A stretch of DNA of 63,780 nt from Octopus bimaculoides. Taxonomy: Eukaryota. The notes under the pieces were generated by a model, which made no database searches, was not told the origin of the DNA, and worked only from the letters and a program-made list of their open reading frames with translations. The stretch covers positions 50,962,751 through 51,026,530 of the forward strand of contig NC_068992.1 in assembly GCF_001194135.2 (NCBI RefSeq), written 5' to 3'. This document shows positions 1-14,420 of the stretch, one piece after another (within the stretch, counting starts at the first letter, position 1; every line of letters starts with the position of its first letter). A program made the position numbers and the translations under genes.

Positions 1-2772
1 ACTTATATACTGGAATCCTTTTGCAAAGATTTTCTTTTTGAAGCCGACCAATGAATAAATAGCTATGGAAAAGCCAAGAAAATGTGCTTGCTTTCAGCAA
101 AGCTATAAAGAATTTTGAAATTCTAAATCGACACAAAATCTGTATTACATAAAATTAATTTTTGGAACATTCTATGTTTCGCTTATACCTTGGTTGAATT
201 TGATAACTTAAATTTCTTCTTTAGCATAATCCTAATTCTTTTAAATATATTTTGTGGAATGATACTTCACTGGGATTTGCTTTCACACATAAAGAACGGA
301 CGGGTTTGCATATTATGCTACTTTATTTTCTTGTCAAATCACCTTTTGCTTTGTAATAAGACTTTTATGTCACAATTCTTGCCTAAATTCGATCGAGTCT
401 TCATTGGGGAGATTTTAGTCGTCGTCGTCTGTCAAGCCGCTATATACGCTAAATTACACACATCTTTCGTTTAGTATTAGCTAAAAACAAAAACAATGCT
501 GGAAATGTCAAATGCATCGCTAAACCAAAGGATTACTTTCTGATAGGGTTTATATAATTTCGCCAAAAATTAAATTACACTGACAGTAGCGAAAAGAAAT
601 TGGATTTTGGAAACAATTGCTTTTAGCTTCAATGTTCTCAAAGAGGAGATCAACGAAAACATAGCAATAGGAGAGCGATAAATTCTAGCTTGATAAGATT
701 GAACGAAAAAGATCTAAATTAAAGACAATATGGTAAAATTATAGGATGCAAATCAGATGAATTATAGAATGCAAATCAGCGAATATGGAAAAGTACTTAA
801 ATAAGCAAGAAAACCAAGCTAAAAGATTCAAGACACCAGACCTCCACACCGTTCGATATCAAGATAGAATACTTTTCAATTCTGTTGGAATTTTAAAGCA
901 AATCTAGATTGCATCGAGAAAATGGGAACTTCTTCTATATTGTTATGTGTTCCCAGAGAGTCTAGATGTGCATATGGTAAAATACTATTTGTGTAAAGTT
1001 GTACGTTAATAAGCGAGTATATATATATATGTATGTTTGTGAGTTTACATGTACGTGTGTATAAATTTATGTTATATATATATATATATATANNNNNNNN
1101 NNNNNNNNNNNNNNNNNNNNNNNNNNNNNNNNNNNNNNNNNNNNNNNNNNNNNNNNNNNNNNNNNNNNNNNNNNNNNNNNNNNNNNNNNNNNNNNNNNNN
1201 NNNNNNNNNNNNNNNNNNNNNNNNNNNNNNNNNNNNNNNNNNNNNNNNNNNNNNNNNNNNNNNNNNNNNNNNNNNNNNNNNNNNNNNNNNNNNNNNNNNN
1301 NNNNNNNNNNNNNNNNNNNNNNNNNNNNNNNNNNNNNNNNNNNNNNNNNNNNNNNNNNNNNNNNNNNNNNNNNNNNNNNNNNNNNNNNNNNNNNNNNNNN
1401 NNNNNNNNNNNNNNNNNNNNNNNNNNNNNNNNNNNNNNNNNNNNNNNNNNNNNNNNNNNNNNNNNNNNNNNNNNNNNNNNNNNNNNNNNNNNNNNNNNNN
1501 NNNNNNNNNNNNNNNNNNNNNNNNNNNNNNNNNNNNNNNNNNNNNNNNNNNNNNNNNNNNNNNNNNNNNNNNNNNNNNNNNNNNNNNNNNNNNNNNNNNN
1601 NNNNNNNNNNNNNNNNNNNNNNNNNNNNNNNNNNNNNNNNNNNNNNNNNNNNNNNNNNNNNNNNNNNNNNNNNNNNNNNNNNNNNNNNNNNNNNNNNNNN
1701 NNNNNNNNNNNNNNNNNNNNNNNNNNNNNNNNNNNNNNNNNNNNNNNNNNNNNNNNNNNNNNNNNNNNNNNNNNNNNNNNNNNNNNNNNNNNNNNNNNNN
1801 NNNNNNNNNNNNNNNNNNNNNNNNNNNNNNNNNNNNNNNNNNNNNNNNNNNNNNNNNNNNNNNNNNNNNNNNNNNNNNNNNNNNNNNNNNNNNNATATAT
1901 ATATATATATATATATATATAGATAGATAGATAGATAGTTAGATATAAATATAGATATAGATATACGTACAAACATATGTATGTGCGTATTTGCGTAAGT
2001 AACTGCTTATTATTGCATATTCTTGCATGTACATGTGCCTACTTGCATTAGTGCATGGGTGTTTGTGTATATGGGTGTAAGACTCTTAAGGCGTAGTAGA
2101 GTGCATTTAACGTCTACACAATTTTTGAGAAGCTTTCATTATTTCATTCACCTATATCGCTACAAGAATCAGTTGCTTCATATGAGGCGTAGTTGTGTGT
2201 GTTGTGTGTGTGTTTGTGTGTGTGCTGTATATGTGTGAACTGCAGAAGGTAATATATACGTTTGATAAGATGTATTACCAAGTATGTTAGGTTAAAAACA
2301 AAGGAGAGAAGCTGAGTGGACAACCAGACAGTACGACGAGAAACATGTATCACTGACAAGCAAATTATATGTTACTTCTTAATCACGACAAGGTGATCAA
2401 ACCTACTGTCTCTGGTTTAATGAAGAATAGTTGCACACATGTTGACCTTTGTACATAGAGGAGAACCACAATAATGCCATACAGAAAAGATTGTTTTGTG
2501 TCTAATGTACTCTAAAAGAAGAATTAATTACGACTGGAATATTTGCTACTGTTATTTGAATATGCAATTTCTCTACTGAACGTATATTTGCATAATGCTT
2601 AATAGTTTTATTCCCAATTCACTGCAAGAGCTTTATTTTTCTGTATCTGTGAAAATAGGACTTGGTGCCTATCTCGTCGTTTTTGCAATGTACGACATTT
2701 GTTCGTGACGTGTATTAATCGGTTGGTGGAGGAATATAGAATATGCAGATATTTATAGACTGTTGATATGGT

Positions 2773-2798
2773 TATATATATATATATATATATATATT

Positions 2799-2887
<89 letters not shown>

Positions 2888-2900
2888 CATTATTATTATT
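2773..2900. repeat. Compound microsatellite (TA)n-(ATT)n
   Basis: Read directly; it generates the poly-Ile ORF 2763-2975. Confidence 0.97.
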
Positions 2901-3940
2901 AATATAGAAAGGATTGAGGTAACTCCTCCTGAAGATATAGAGTCAAAACAATCTATACCACATTCAATGAACTGATATAGAATAATAACACCGGGTAGCT
3001 GAGTCCCTTACACCAATGAACTTGGGAATAAACTTCACTAGAAAGATGGATAACAGCAGTAAATGGGAGTCGAAACATTGACTCCTCTTTACCGATGTTA
3101 TTATACTCATCATCGCTCAGGGCAATTAACATTCTATTGTGCTTTCACAAAGAAGTAATATTCCTAAATACCTCTTGAGAACTAAACGGTCAACATTGAA
3201 TCATATGCTAGTCAGACGTCCATTAGTTTTGCCAAGTGTTCAATTTTAACTCAGTAAACACACTATTCAGTTTACTGCCTAAATACAAACGCCAGCTTTT
3301 AGTTATAGCGAGTTATATGTAATAGTTAGATCGATTGATACAGCGTAATATGTTTCTATTTTGTTTTTTATCCAGACATCTTATATTTTATTTTATTTTA
3401 TTTTATTTTATTTTATTTGTATTACATTTTCTTTATTATCAGTTTTTGCTATTTTCAGCTAAGATATTCAAATATCGAATTCTCGGGTTATTGGTGAATA
3501 AAAATTAACAAGAGCTTCTACAGTGAAGTAATCGATCGGTTATTGATTAGATAAATTACTAATTGATATGTCTGATGTAGTGTTACACCACCATCACATT
3601 ATCTTATACTAAGGCAGTGGACAATTTGCCGACATAGTATCAGGTGTGTATAAGTTTAGTTTACTAAACGCATTGCATTAAGCCAATTAGTTGACACAGC
3701 ACTAGTTTAAGTTCAGAGAAACAATATACATTTCAACGGGTGATTAATATCAGCGTTCAATGCTAGTTTTTCTTACTCAAACATATAAATGCTAACACAA
3801 ACACACGTATATAGTATATATCATGCAAACAAATACACACATATGCACACATTCACACACGCATGTATATATATAGTACACGTATATATACACACACATA
3901 TATAGGTATATTATATATACATGTATATATATATATTTGC

Positions 3941-4010
<70 letters not shown>

Positions 4011-5380
4011 TTATACATACACACATACACACGCGCTTGTATATATATATATATAGTTATCTGTATGTTTTTATAGAAACGTTTATAAGCATCTATATAT
4101 ATATTACATATGTTTCTGTGTTAGTGTGCGTATGTATTTCGGTGTTTCGTGCATATTTGCAGACGTGCTTATGTGTGAATGCTATGTGTATGTGCGTGTT
4201 TTTATCTTGAAGATAATCTGATAATTATAAAACAGAAGTGTCCAGTCTTTGTTTTTCCTAATTAAAGTCTTTTTTTTTTCAGTACACTTTATCAGATTCA
4301 AATGTGTGCGTATGTTTAAGTGTGCGTTGTGTGTGTTTATGTGCGTTAATGTTTGAAAATGAAAAGTGAGAGTATAGGCTATTTGCTCGAACATGAGTCA
4401 GTAGTCTTACTTAATAGCTTTCAGATTAGACATCAAAACTATAATGTTTACTCCTATTCATCGCCTACCACATTAGTTAAGTTTGTCTCGACGTCAACTC
4501 TTCAAACGGTCAGTTATTTTCGGGATGAGATTGTAATTGTTGTTGTTGGTGTTGCTGTTGTTTTTGTTGTTCTTGTTGCTGTCGTTGTTGTTGTGCGTGT
4601 TCTTCTTCTCATTGCATTGATTTATTTCCTAAAGAGAGACAGAGAGAGGTTTTTCAGGACTATTAGCTATTTCTATTACCAAATCGTTCCGATAAATCTC
4701 GTTTGACAGAATCTGTTGATTTATTCCCAGAAAACCTTCTCGAGAGCACAAAACATATTTCGAGCACTTACTAAACTAAAGTTGTTACCAACTTTTACGT
4801 TTATCTTACGCATGTAAAAGTTCGAACTCTGGAGGAGTCACGACTGAATGTGCTTCTCTGAAATTACCGAGACATTTGTTGCTTTGGGGTTGTTTGCTTC
4901 AAGAAATCTTTGCTTAATGAGACGTATAATCAAAGGCTTGCTCACATTTCAACCTTCATTATTTCATCTCTTCCAAGATTTTGCGGACGGCTGAATAGAT
5001 CCTCCATCAGTGATTCTTCTCTATACTACCGTTGTACTTTAGCATCGTTCATTCATCTGTTCCTGTCTAGCATCGGATCATTTCTCATCGGGCAAACCTA
5101 TAATCGAAGTTTAACTCATGTCACAGATGTAACTATCACATATATTCTATAGTATTTGTTCGAGATTTAAAGGAAATTTGGCTACTGTTTCTAGTAGGTC
5201 GAGCAACAAATTTCAAACTCCGTAGTTTGCTTGTTGAGCAACAAGTTTTCTGTTTAGAGATATCTGCTGCATAACTTTGTATTTCATATCTTCTAGGTCG
5301 ATGAAAAACTGTACTCATCAAAAATTACTGTCGGTTTGTCACAAAAATCATTTTACTAAAAGTTGTGGTCTTCCACATAT

Positions 5381-5631
5381 ATCTTTAACTTGTTTCAGTC
5401 GCTGAGTTCAGCCATGCTGGATCACCATCTTGGAGAGTTTTAGCCTAACGAATAGAGCGCAGAACTCATTTTTTCAAGCCTAGTACTTATTCTGTCGGAC
5501 TCGTTTGGTGAACCGCTGTTGTTACGGGGACATAAACACACCAACTCTAGTTGTCAAGCAGTGGTGGGGGACAAACATAGTCACGAACACACAAATACAC
5601 ACACACACACATACACACACACACACACACG

Positions 5632-5687
<56 letters not shown>

Positions 5688-5851
5688 TACGGCGGGCTTC
5701 TTTCAGTTTCCGTCTTCCAAATCTAATCACTAGGTTTTGGTCGATCTGAGGCTATAGTATAAGACTTGTTCAAGATGCCACGCAGTGGGACTGAACCCCG
5801 AACCATGTGGTGGAGAAGCAAACTTCTTACCACACAGCCATGCCTGCGCCT
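5381..5851 (-). mobile_element. tRNA-derived SINE, family A, near full length, with internal (CA)n(TA)n microsatellite
   Basis: The minus strand starts AGGCGCAGGCATGGCTGTGTGGTAAGAAG...GGTTCAGTCCCACTGCG, with A-box-like and B-box-like motifs. The internal microsatellite is at about 5590-5688. Head and tail segments recur at 14421-15360, 31115-31300, 45582-45787 and 50311-50374. It resembles octopus tRNA-SINEs (OK/OR group) from memory; the exact family is unverified. Confidence 0.85.
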
Positions 5852-6639
5852 ACATTAGACTGTTTTTATTAAAGAAGTGTAGTATGGTAAAATACGATAG
5901 AGTTTTAAAATAAATTCTTAACAGCATATGGTTTCGTACTCGTATGTTCTGATTGAAATTCTCATCTCACTTGTCTTTGATACTTTTTGGTCGATATGAA
6001 GTTTAAAACATGGAATAAACAACTATCTTACAAATTTATAGCCTCTTGAGAATGTAGGAAATCAACGTCACTGTATTAATTATCGTGTTTTTATGTTTCA
6101 TTGGCATGTATTCTATTATTATTATTGTTGTAGAGACCTTGTAGTCTTTATTATTGATTCTATTTGCATAAAATGACAATAAATTAAATTCAAATGATTA
6201 CACAAAAAAAAAAATATTTATTGGTATTTTGGTGTTTTGTTCTTCAAACATTTTTCCTCTTTTTCTTTCCCTATGGTAGCTGTGTTAACAAAGTAATAGT
6301 GATATAACATTCTGGGTTACTGGGTTGTTAAAAAACCCCTTAAAACTTTGTATTTTGGATAAAATGTAACATATTCTAGGATGCGGAATGAGGGTCTGCT
6401 GACTCAGCAATTCTTACGGAAGTATTTCTGGTCTGTGAATTAACGAGGAATGTGAAAGTAGGTTTCTAAGCCATCACTTGATAGATGCTATAAACGATAA
6501 TCAACTTCACTCCACAGTAAACGTAATCATGCTACAAAAAGGGAAGGACACTTTGGATAATCTAATTCTTCATATATTGTGATAAAATAAAAGACTTTAA
6601 AGCAAGGAACAATAAGCTTTTTGAAGGGTGATTTCTTTT

Positions 6640-6720
6640 TGGCTCTCTACGCTGTGAGTTCAAATCACTGCGGTCAATTTTTCTTCCATTCTCTGAGAGG
6701 CTTGAAAATGATTTCACAAC
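6640..6720 (+). mobile_element. Degenerate SINE family B fragment
   Basis: tacgctgtgagttcaaatcactgcggtcaattttt aligns loosely to TACGTTCTGAGTTCAAATTCCGCCGAGGTCGACTTTG of the 43273-43475 copy. Confidence 0.45.
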
Positions 6721-7504
6721 TAGAGGGGTGGTGGATTGGCACAGTTAGAATGTCGGATCAGAAGTCTTGCACTCTTTATTCTGATTCTTTGCTCTCTGTA
6801 TTCTGGAATAATAGATCTAATACGTCACACTGTTTGAAACTAGCAACTGGTTATCTGTGTGTTTAGCGGAGTTCAGTCTGCTGCAACAATATAATAGGTC
6901 CTTGGTTTGAGGATAACTTCCACTCTTCATGCCAGTAGTCGAAGAGGTCTTGAAAAACGTAATAAAATATAATTGCCTCTGCCTTTCCCTACTTTACCAA
7001 GCAGTAATAAAATGGTGGCAAAAAATGATCGATTATGCAGTTTTTCTTCTTACATAAATAAACTCACTTGTTCAACATAGTAAATATTAACAGTTGCCAG
7101 GAATACACTGTAAAAATTTGCTTTTAATATATATATATATCTCTTTCAAATAGTGGGCTCGAAACAAAAAGCTAATTTTCTCTCCTCGCTTTAGTGGACG
7201 ATTTTCATCCAAATTTATGAACTTAAAAAATTTTTTTTTCTGAAGTACAGAATCACAAATCACTTTGGACTCTATTTATTTATTTAGTTTTGTTGCAAAT
7301 GAAGTTTCGATAAGCGAGAATAAAGGCTTAGCAATTTCATAGAATACGGACTGGTGTTGTTTTAAACCTGAGAATGAAGAGGTTTAACCCTTTTCTTACG
7401 AACCTACATCAGACCGGTCCTAGTTTTATCAAGATGATTTGTATTGATCTAGATTAAAACTTTCAGACAAAATTTACCGTTAATTTATTGAAAACACCAG
7501 ACCA

Positions 7505-8660
7505 ATGGATGACATTCTAGATAGAGAAATGAAAGACAAGAGGGGTATCAAAAATGGGTGAAGATGTTGTTGAAGTCCAACCTGAATGCCAAACATCTGA
7601 TTACCGCAATGAATATCTGGACAGTTGCGGTGGTCAGATATAGTGCGTCCATCCTCAAATGGACTCAGGAGGAAATATCAAGACTGGATAGAAGGACGAG
7701 AAAGTTGATGATGCTGCATGAGGTACTGCACTCTAAAACAAACGTAAACAGACACTGTATGAAAAGAAAGAACGCTGGCAGAGGACTAATTAGTATAGAC
7801 CATTGTATAATGAATGAAAGGAGAACGCTTGCTGAGTATTTGATAAATAGTGATGAAGGCCTGCTACAATATGCCGCGAAAGATATGGGTGTAAATGCAG
7901 ATGAAATAATGGGCAAAGAAGAGTTTAACCAAAGAGCTGAGAAGAAAAAAGAAGGCCTTGAAATGAGAATGCATGGACAGTTTGAAAGGAATATACAAGA
8001 TGTTAAGGGTAATACAGCCTTTATAAAACTTCTGACACCCAGAAATGCAGACACTGTGGAAAGAGTGTGGAAAATCTGACCCACTTAGTTAGGGGATGTG
8101 AGAGCTTTGCACAAAAAGAATACAAGCGCTACCACGATAAAGTGTGTGTGTATCTTCGTTGGCTCTTATGCCGTAAATACGAATATGAAGTAACAGAGAA
8201 CTGGTATGAGCATTTACCAAGTAAAGTTATGCAGGAGGATGGAAAAGTAACGATACTCTGGGACTATGATTTTCAGACGGATCGTGTAATCGAATAAGAA
8301 AGACAAATACTATCAGTTCACTGATGTAGCCATACCAAATGACATGAATGTTGTGAGTAAAGAGGTTGAAAAATCACCAAGTACTCCGAATTGAAAGTGG
8401 AAATGACAAGACTGTATGGAATGCGAGAGGGCAATGTAAAAGTGATACCAGTGGTGATCGCAGCATTGGGCTCAATTCCATTGAAACTTCAAAACTTCTT
8501 AAGGCAACTGGAAATCCCATGCAAGATTGATGTCTTGCAAAAAGCAGCCTTATCGGGCACAGCGCACATCTTAAGGAAAGTACTATCAGTCTGGTTGTGA
8601 ATTGACAGATGACTAAAGACTCCGGTGCATTTTTACCTACACTGTGTTGCGAAGGAATAA

Positions 8661-8747
<87 letters not shown>
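7505..8747 (+). mobile_element. 5'-truncated, decayed R4/Dong-clade non-LTR retrotransposon (post-RT region, CCHC knuckle, restriction-like endonuclease region) with (TAA)n tail
   Basis: Across frameshifts it reads KMLLKSNLNAKHLITAMNIWTVAVVRYS...RGL, then CRHCGKSVENLTHLVRGC (CX2CX8HX4C), RYHDKV, ILWDYDFQTDRVIE, DVAIP...KEVEK, KYSEL, IPVVIAALG and KAALSGTAHILRKVL. A 3' UTR of about 55 nt follows, then about 29 TAA units (8661-8747). Confidence 0.9.
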
Positions 8748-8752
8748 TTGTA

Positions 8753-8893
8753 CTATAAGCACATGGCCTGACATTTTGGGGTAGGGCGTAGTCGATAACA
8801 TGTGCCTCATTACATGACAGGTACTTATTTTATCACTTTGTCGAAACCAAAATAATAGAAGCAAAGCCGATGTCAGCGGAATTTGACCTCAAT
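8753..8893 (-). mobile_element. Degenerate SINE family B fragment abutting the LINE (TAA)n tail
   Basis: aagcacatggcctgacattttgggg...gtacttattttatc...gcaaagccgatgtcagcggaatttgacctc is collinear with 43273-43420. Confidence 0.7.
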
Positions 8894-9645
8894 AAAAATG
8901 ATATATGTTTAGAAGATTGGAAGTTATTGAACAGAATATGGCGGATTAAAATTTGTTTGATATTAAAACTTTATTTTATCAGATAATATGGTTATTAATA
9001 AGGCCGCCGGACAAAGATTAACATTTTACTGCAGGCAAAACACTCACAGCCTCTTTCATTTAAATGCAAAATTTTAATTATAAACAAAAGTCCTCATTAT
9101 TAAACAGACTAACTGGAATCTGAATAGCACCCAGGGTTTTATTTTGTTTTTGCTTTTACTGTTTAAAATACTAGAGGTTGTTTGATGGGTAGAATTAGTA
9201 AAACACACGCAATGCGCCGAGCATAACATTGCGTTCAATTCTTAAGGATTTATTACCATAACTGCTTATCAAATACTGAGGTTGAATTTATTTATTTTTC
9301 GCATTGTAGCTACTTCATAAATCGACATTAGTAGCAAAGTACAACTGGTAGTACATAGGCCATCGGCCTTTCAAACAGAAGTTCGATTCAGCCGGTCGTC
9401 ACTGTAGAGTCGAAAAAATTATTTCGCTGATCTGTGTCTTTGAAAAGAAGGATGTGTAGTTTCGACTAATACTTAATTCAGGACAATCAATAGAAGCTCA
9501 AATTGCATTCGCATATGAATTCATCGTGGACGTCCTGGTACTTGTGTAAGATAGTGTCATAAATGGAGCTGTTATCGTTGAATCACGCGCACTTCTCACA
9601 AATATATATACACACACTCGCACATACATACACACACACACACAC

Positions 9646-9685
<40 letters not shown>

Positions 9686-10675
9686 TTATATAACTGTGCG
9701 CATAGATAGATAGGCAGGCATATAAGATAAAAGAAGCCCTAATGTGTGAATCATATATCTGCCCAAATAGTTGAATCTCTGATAACATCGTTATCCACTA
9801 TAATAATAGAATCCTACGTAAGACAAGGTTAAGTTAACCTACAACGTGGGTTCATAAATTCTTCGAATAGAAAATAACTGAGGAATCAATATCTGACTAT
9901 AAACAAGAGAATGAAATAAGACGGCACAAGCCTAAATCTAATTTAAAAACTCCTATTCAAAAACGCAATAAATTTAATTATGTCTTAATATGACTTCTGC
10001 TTCTGCTTTGCTCGCAAATCCTAATAGTTCTGTTAAAATTCCCTCAATGGCTTATATTTTATATGCACACATATATTAACAAAGGGGATCCACCCATTTA
10101 AATGGTTTTAATTGCAGAAGGTTCTATATAGCTGATGGAAATATTCCACGGCAAAACTCAGTAAACATTCTTTTGTTGCATTTCCATTTGAAGAAACGTT
10201 AATAATTCTGTGTTCCTGCTAGAACTGAAAAAGAGGCAGCGATAAATAGTGCATAATTCTTGCATAAAATCCTCAACCTAATAGATTGATTCAAATATCA
10301 TGTTCAAAATAATGGATTCTATTTCTTTTCTTTTAGCGAATTTATTAGCTATTTCATTCGGTAACTGTGTGAAAATTAAATAATTTTCATCAATTTGCAA
10401 GCCATATTTTCATTTCATTCCAGTTTATTTTAAGTAATTGAGCCATTAAGAGGAATAAGCAGCATTGAAATTCATTCAGCTAGCGAATGGAAATATATCC
10501 GCCTTCACATACGCACATGCGTATATATACGCATGACATAAAGATAATGCGATTTTGTATATACAAATGTGTTAGTATTTTTTCTTGGCGTACGTGTTAG
10601 CTGTGTAAGCGTATACATCTCCATATATGCATGCACATACATGCAACCATTCATATATATACACACATACATATA

Positions 10676-10707
<32 letters not shown>

Positions 10708-10820
10708 AGTACGTACACACATATATAGTTTCTTAAGTGCGTTTGAAGGAAACACACGGCCATTTATTTTTTGAGTTGTGTTTCTCTCGAGTATATAAAC
10801 AATACAATGTGTGAGTGTGA

Positions 10821-10871
<51 letters not shown>

Positions 10872-13335
10872 AGAGAGAGAGAGAGAGAGAGAGAGAGTAT
10901 GTGTGTGTATGTATGTGTGTGTGTACGTGTGCTCGTATATAGGCTAACGTGTGCTCGTATGCTCATATCAATATTCCTTAGAATCTTTTTATCTCGCATA
11001 ATCTTATACCTTATTTCTATTATCTCTAACACTAAACCTAAATTTCTTGATGCCAACCAATGAGCGAACTTCAAGTTTTCGTTTCACATGCTAGAAATAA
11101 AGGTCAAAGAAACTATACATGCCATTGCCTTCAAAACGTTAGGGTGCTTTGGATAACGCAGTCCTGGTTGCATTGAGCCTGAGTAAAAGACAAAATGTTC
11201 AGAGCTAGAACATTTTTGATCACAGGTCTCACCTGTGAGAGCTTATGTCGGGCAAAGCTGCAATTTAATCCAACATAGAAATCGAACTTCTAGATTTAGA
11301 TTTATATGTGCCCAGAAGAAAAGCAAGGGCTTATTCGAAACATACCTTTAATTTAGAAGAAACACACGGTTACTATACATTAAGGAACGACACTCCTCTA
11401 CTAAAATTAAGTAGAACTCGTAAGGCAGTTAAAAATATTTGGATTTCATTACCGGAGACTTCTTGTAGTGAAAGCACATTCTTAACAGAGAAATGTATGC
11501 ATCATAAAAACTGGCCTTTCTCTTCAGAACCAGAAAAAACTTTTCCCCTCGACAACTACTAACTACATACGTAGTTGAGATGAGTTTTATAAAGGAAGAC
11601 TGATACATTTTGAACGGCGCAACTGCACATACAGAATCATTCTTAAGTGCGTAAAGAAAGTCCTCTCGACTGACTGGCACGGAATCGTTCGTCAGCACAT
11701 TCAAATATTTAGTTTATAGACGTAGTATCACTCCTCTCTGCCTTTATTAGTATTTCTATAGGAGTATATGTCCCTTAGCACATGTCTCTACTCAGGCATT
11801 CCCCTCATCTAGTCAACCCAAGTCTCTCAAAATCATTTCGAGCGCGCTCGCACATACACACAGGTCTATGCGCATATATATATTTATGAACTTCGTCTAT
11901 AACACATAAATATACAAAATAAGCAGTCATATTCATATAAGCGTATATTATATGTATATGATTGTGTGCATGTGAGTATGTGGGTATGTGCTCTGTATAT
12001 GTATAAACATACACACATACTCGCATACGTATATACTTGCATACGTATTGTATAGAAGTGAGTGTGTGAATGTATTTCTTGTAAGATTTCCATCGAAATC
12101 TATCATAAATAACAAATACACATTTAAATCATTGCTAGTACAAGTGACTTCTTACCATAGATCATTTATGTTACTTATCAATTGAATTTCTTTGAAGCAA
12201 TCTAGGTAAAATAAAGGACACGATCACATATCATCTATCTTCCAGACACCATCATTAAGAGCGGGGAACATCTATCGACTAAACCGTTAAACTAGCGTTA
12301 GATTACACACTTCGATACAACTTAAGAAGGAAATCTACGCTCTGTGATTTCATTCGATCATACCTCACCAGTAGCAGTTTCGCTGAATTAGACATATCAA
12401 AACAAAACTTTCACAATTGTTCTAAATTAAACTATCTCTGAGTCTTTACCAAATTTTGATGATGCTTTGAACGTTTGCCAACTATTTAACTTTAAAGTTT
12501 TATTGATTTCTCACCTATGTGAAGATAAAGTTCTTTTGTTTACAACATCACATTGTTATTTCGAACTTCAATTTCTATGGTTCTTCTTCATCAATCTATT
12601 TGTCATTCTAACTGAAGAACTTGTCGTCTCCTCCCAAGCATTACATATGCCATTTATTAACTAACATTCCCGCTCTACTCAGCCTGCATTTTTCACAAAA
12701 AATCTCATTTGTGTCTTCTGAGCGGCTAAAATAAATGATTTCATTTAACTAATTGCAAGCCTAGATGCTATAGATATATCGTATTATAAATATAAAATGT
12801 TATAAATACATAATACAAATATATATTATAAATGCAGGATGTTATATGTAATATTTTACACACACACACAAAAACATACACACACATACATCTACGTACA
12901 CTCACATTCACTCACACACACATACATTTACACACACTCACATGCACTTACACACTCATGCACACATAAATACACGAACACACACGTACATATGAAGTTG
13001 TAAATATATTAAGTTATAAGTATATGATCAGATGATAGTAACACCGTATATTACTGATATCTATATATATATTTGGGGATTATTTTAAATGTATTTCTCT
13101 AAATGTATTTTAGAATATTTCAACAGCATTTTTTTATTTTTTGCTGCAAACAAATTAATCGAACTACTACATGCATATAACTACTTTAAATGTCTGTAAC
13201 CAAGATTTATAAATGAGATATTAAATTCAGTTCTACATATAGTATGCTTCTCTACGTCTCGGCAGTTTCCACAGATTATACACGTGATAGTTATATTTTT
13301 CAAAATGTTTTTCATTCAATGTTTTCCGCAAAAAA

Positions 13336-13337
<2 letters not shown>

Positions 13338-13393
<56 letters not shown>
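13338..13393. repeat. (TAA)n microsatellite
   Basis: Read directly. Confidence 0.97.
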
Positions 13394-13394
<1 letters not shown>

Positions 13395-14319
13395 GAGCAT
13401 AACTAAAAATCTTAAAAAAATATTGTGTGTTTAGTTTTTTACTAGGCTACAGAAAACAAAGAAGAATTTTGTCTTCAGTCATGTTATATTCTTACAGTGC
13501 ATTGGTAAGGTTAGAAATGTATATAAACGGAAATTGAATCGCAGCTTGTAGACTGAGATGGCCAAAAGTTCGCCTTTATTCAAAGACGTCATAAACGTCT
13601 GTAAAAATATTGATTATTTCATAGTCTTGGTCATTTCAGGATTTATGGTTTGTTAAACTCAACGCACTATCTCGTTGGAAAAGATGAAGTCTTCCTCTTT
13701 ATAGAGGCTGTGTTACGTATTTCACTCTAAGCTCAACCCATAACACTTCAACTCCCAACCGGAAACTAATAAAATTATTCCTTCAGTTCCTCAGCACACG
13801 CAGCCAACGTACTATTGACGCCATCGTCTTCAGTATTTCTCCTAGATTCATAAAGATGAAAATAATTTTATAAGACGTTTTTTTTTCCTTTGCTAAAACA
13901 TTCTCGTCAGAAATGTAATTAAATGCGATCAACTGTAAATCAAAGACTCAAGTTACCAATATCTGACATTCTACTTTCTCACATACCCTAACTTCTAAAA
14001 AGAAATATTTATGAACGGCTGCAAAATAATATACGCACCATAAAAATTACCACCTATATTTCAAGGTGAAAACGTAACGAGTATAAATATAATGCACTTC
14101 TAACTTATGGATATTTGTTTTCTGGTTCATATCCCATTTAGTTATTTCGTCGTGTATTTGAAGAGGACAATTAATTCCAGGTACAACCCTTACCAGGCTC
14201 AGTGGAATAATTCTTGCAAAAACTGATAGCGTAATAGTGTAACTGGTTGGTTTTCCTTCTTCAGAAATTGCTAATAAATCAAAATTGAATACAATCACTG
14301 CAGTTTACACACACACACA

Positions 14320-14388
<69 letters not shown>

Positions 14389-14420
14389 ACACTCATACAT
14401 ACACACACACATATATATTA

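Noticed and set aside
2905-3090. CTGAAGATATAGAGTCAAAAC and the hairpin GGAGTC-GAAACATT-GACTCC, reminiscent of hammerhead pieces
   Set aside because: The first lacks GAAA and a stem II. The second lacks a properly placed CUGANGA. Too degenerate to call.
4950-5100. Minus-strand translation faintly like an RTE C-terminus
   Set aside because: Multiple stops and no diagnostic motif.
10108-10215. Minus-strand peptide EHRIINVSSNGNATKECLLSFAVEYFHQLY resembling short-chain dehydrogenase RIINVSS and ATK..LSF motifs
   Set aside because: The catalytic Tyr and about 10 intervening residues are absent, it is bounded by stops, there is no good donor site and no other SDR exon is visible. Likely coincidence.
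11308-11562. 84-aa ORF with YTLRN...IWISLP, faintly like an L2/CR1 LINE C-terminus
   Set aside because: The similarity is limited to a few residues and cannot be supported without a profile search.
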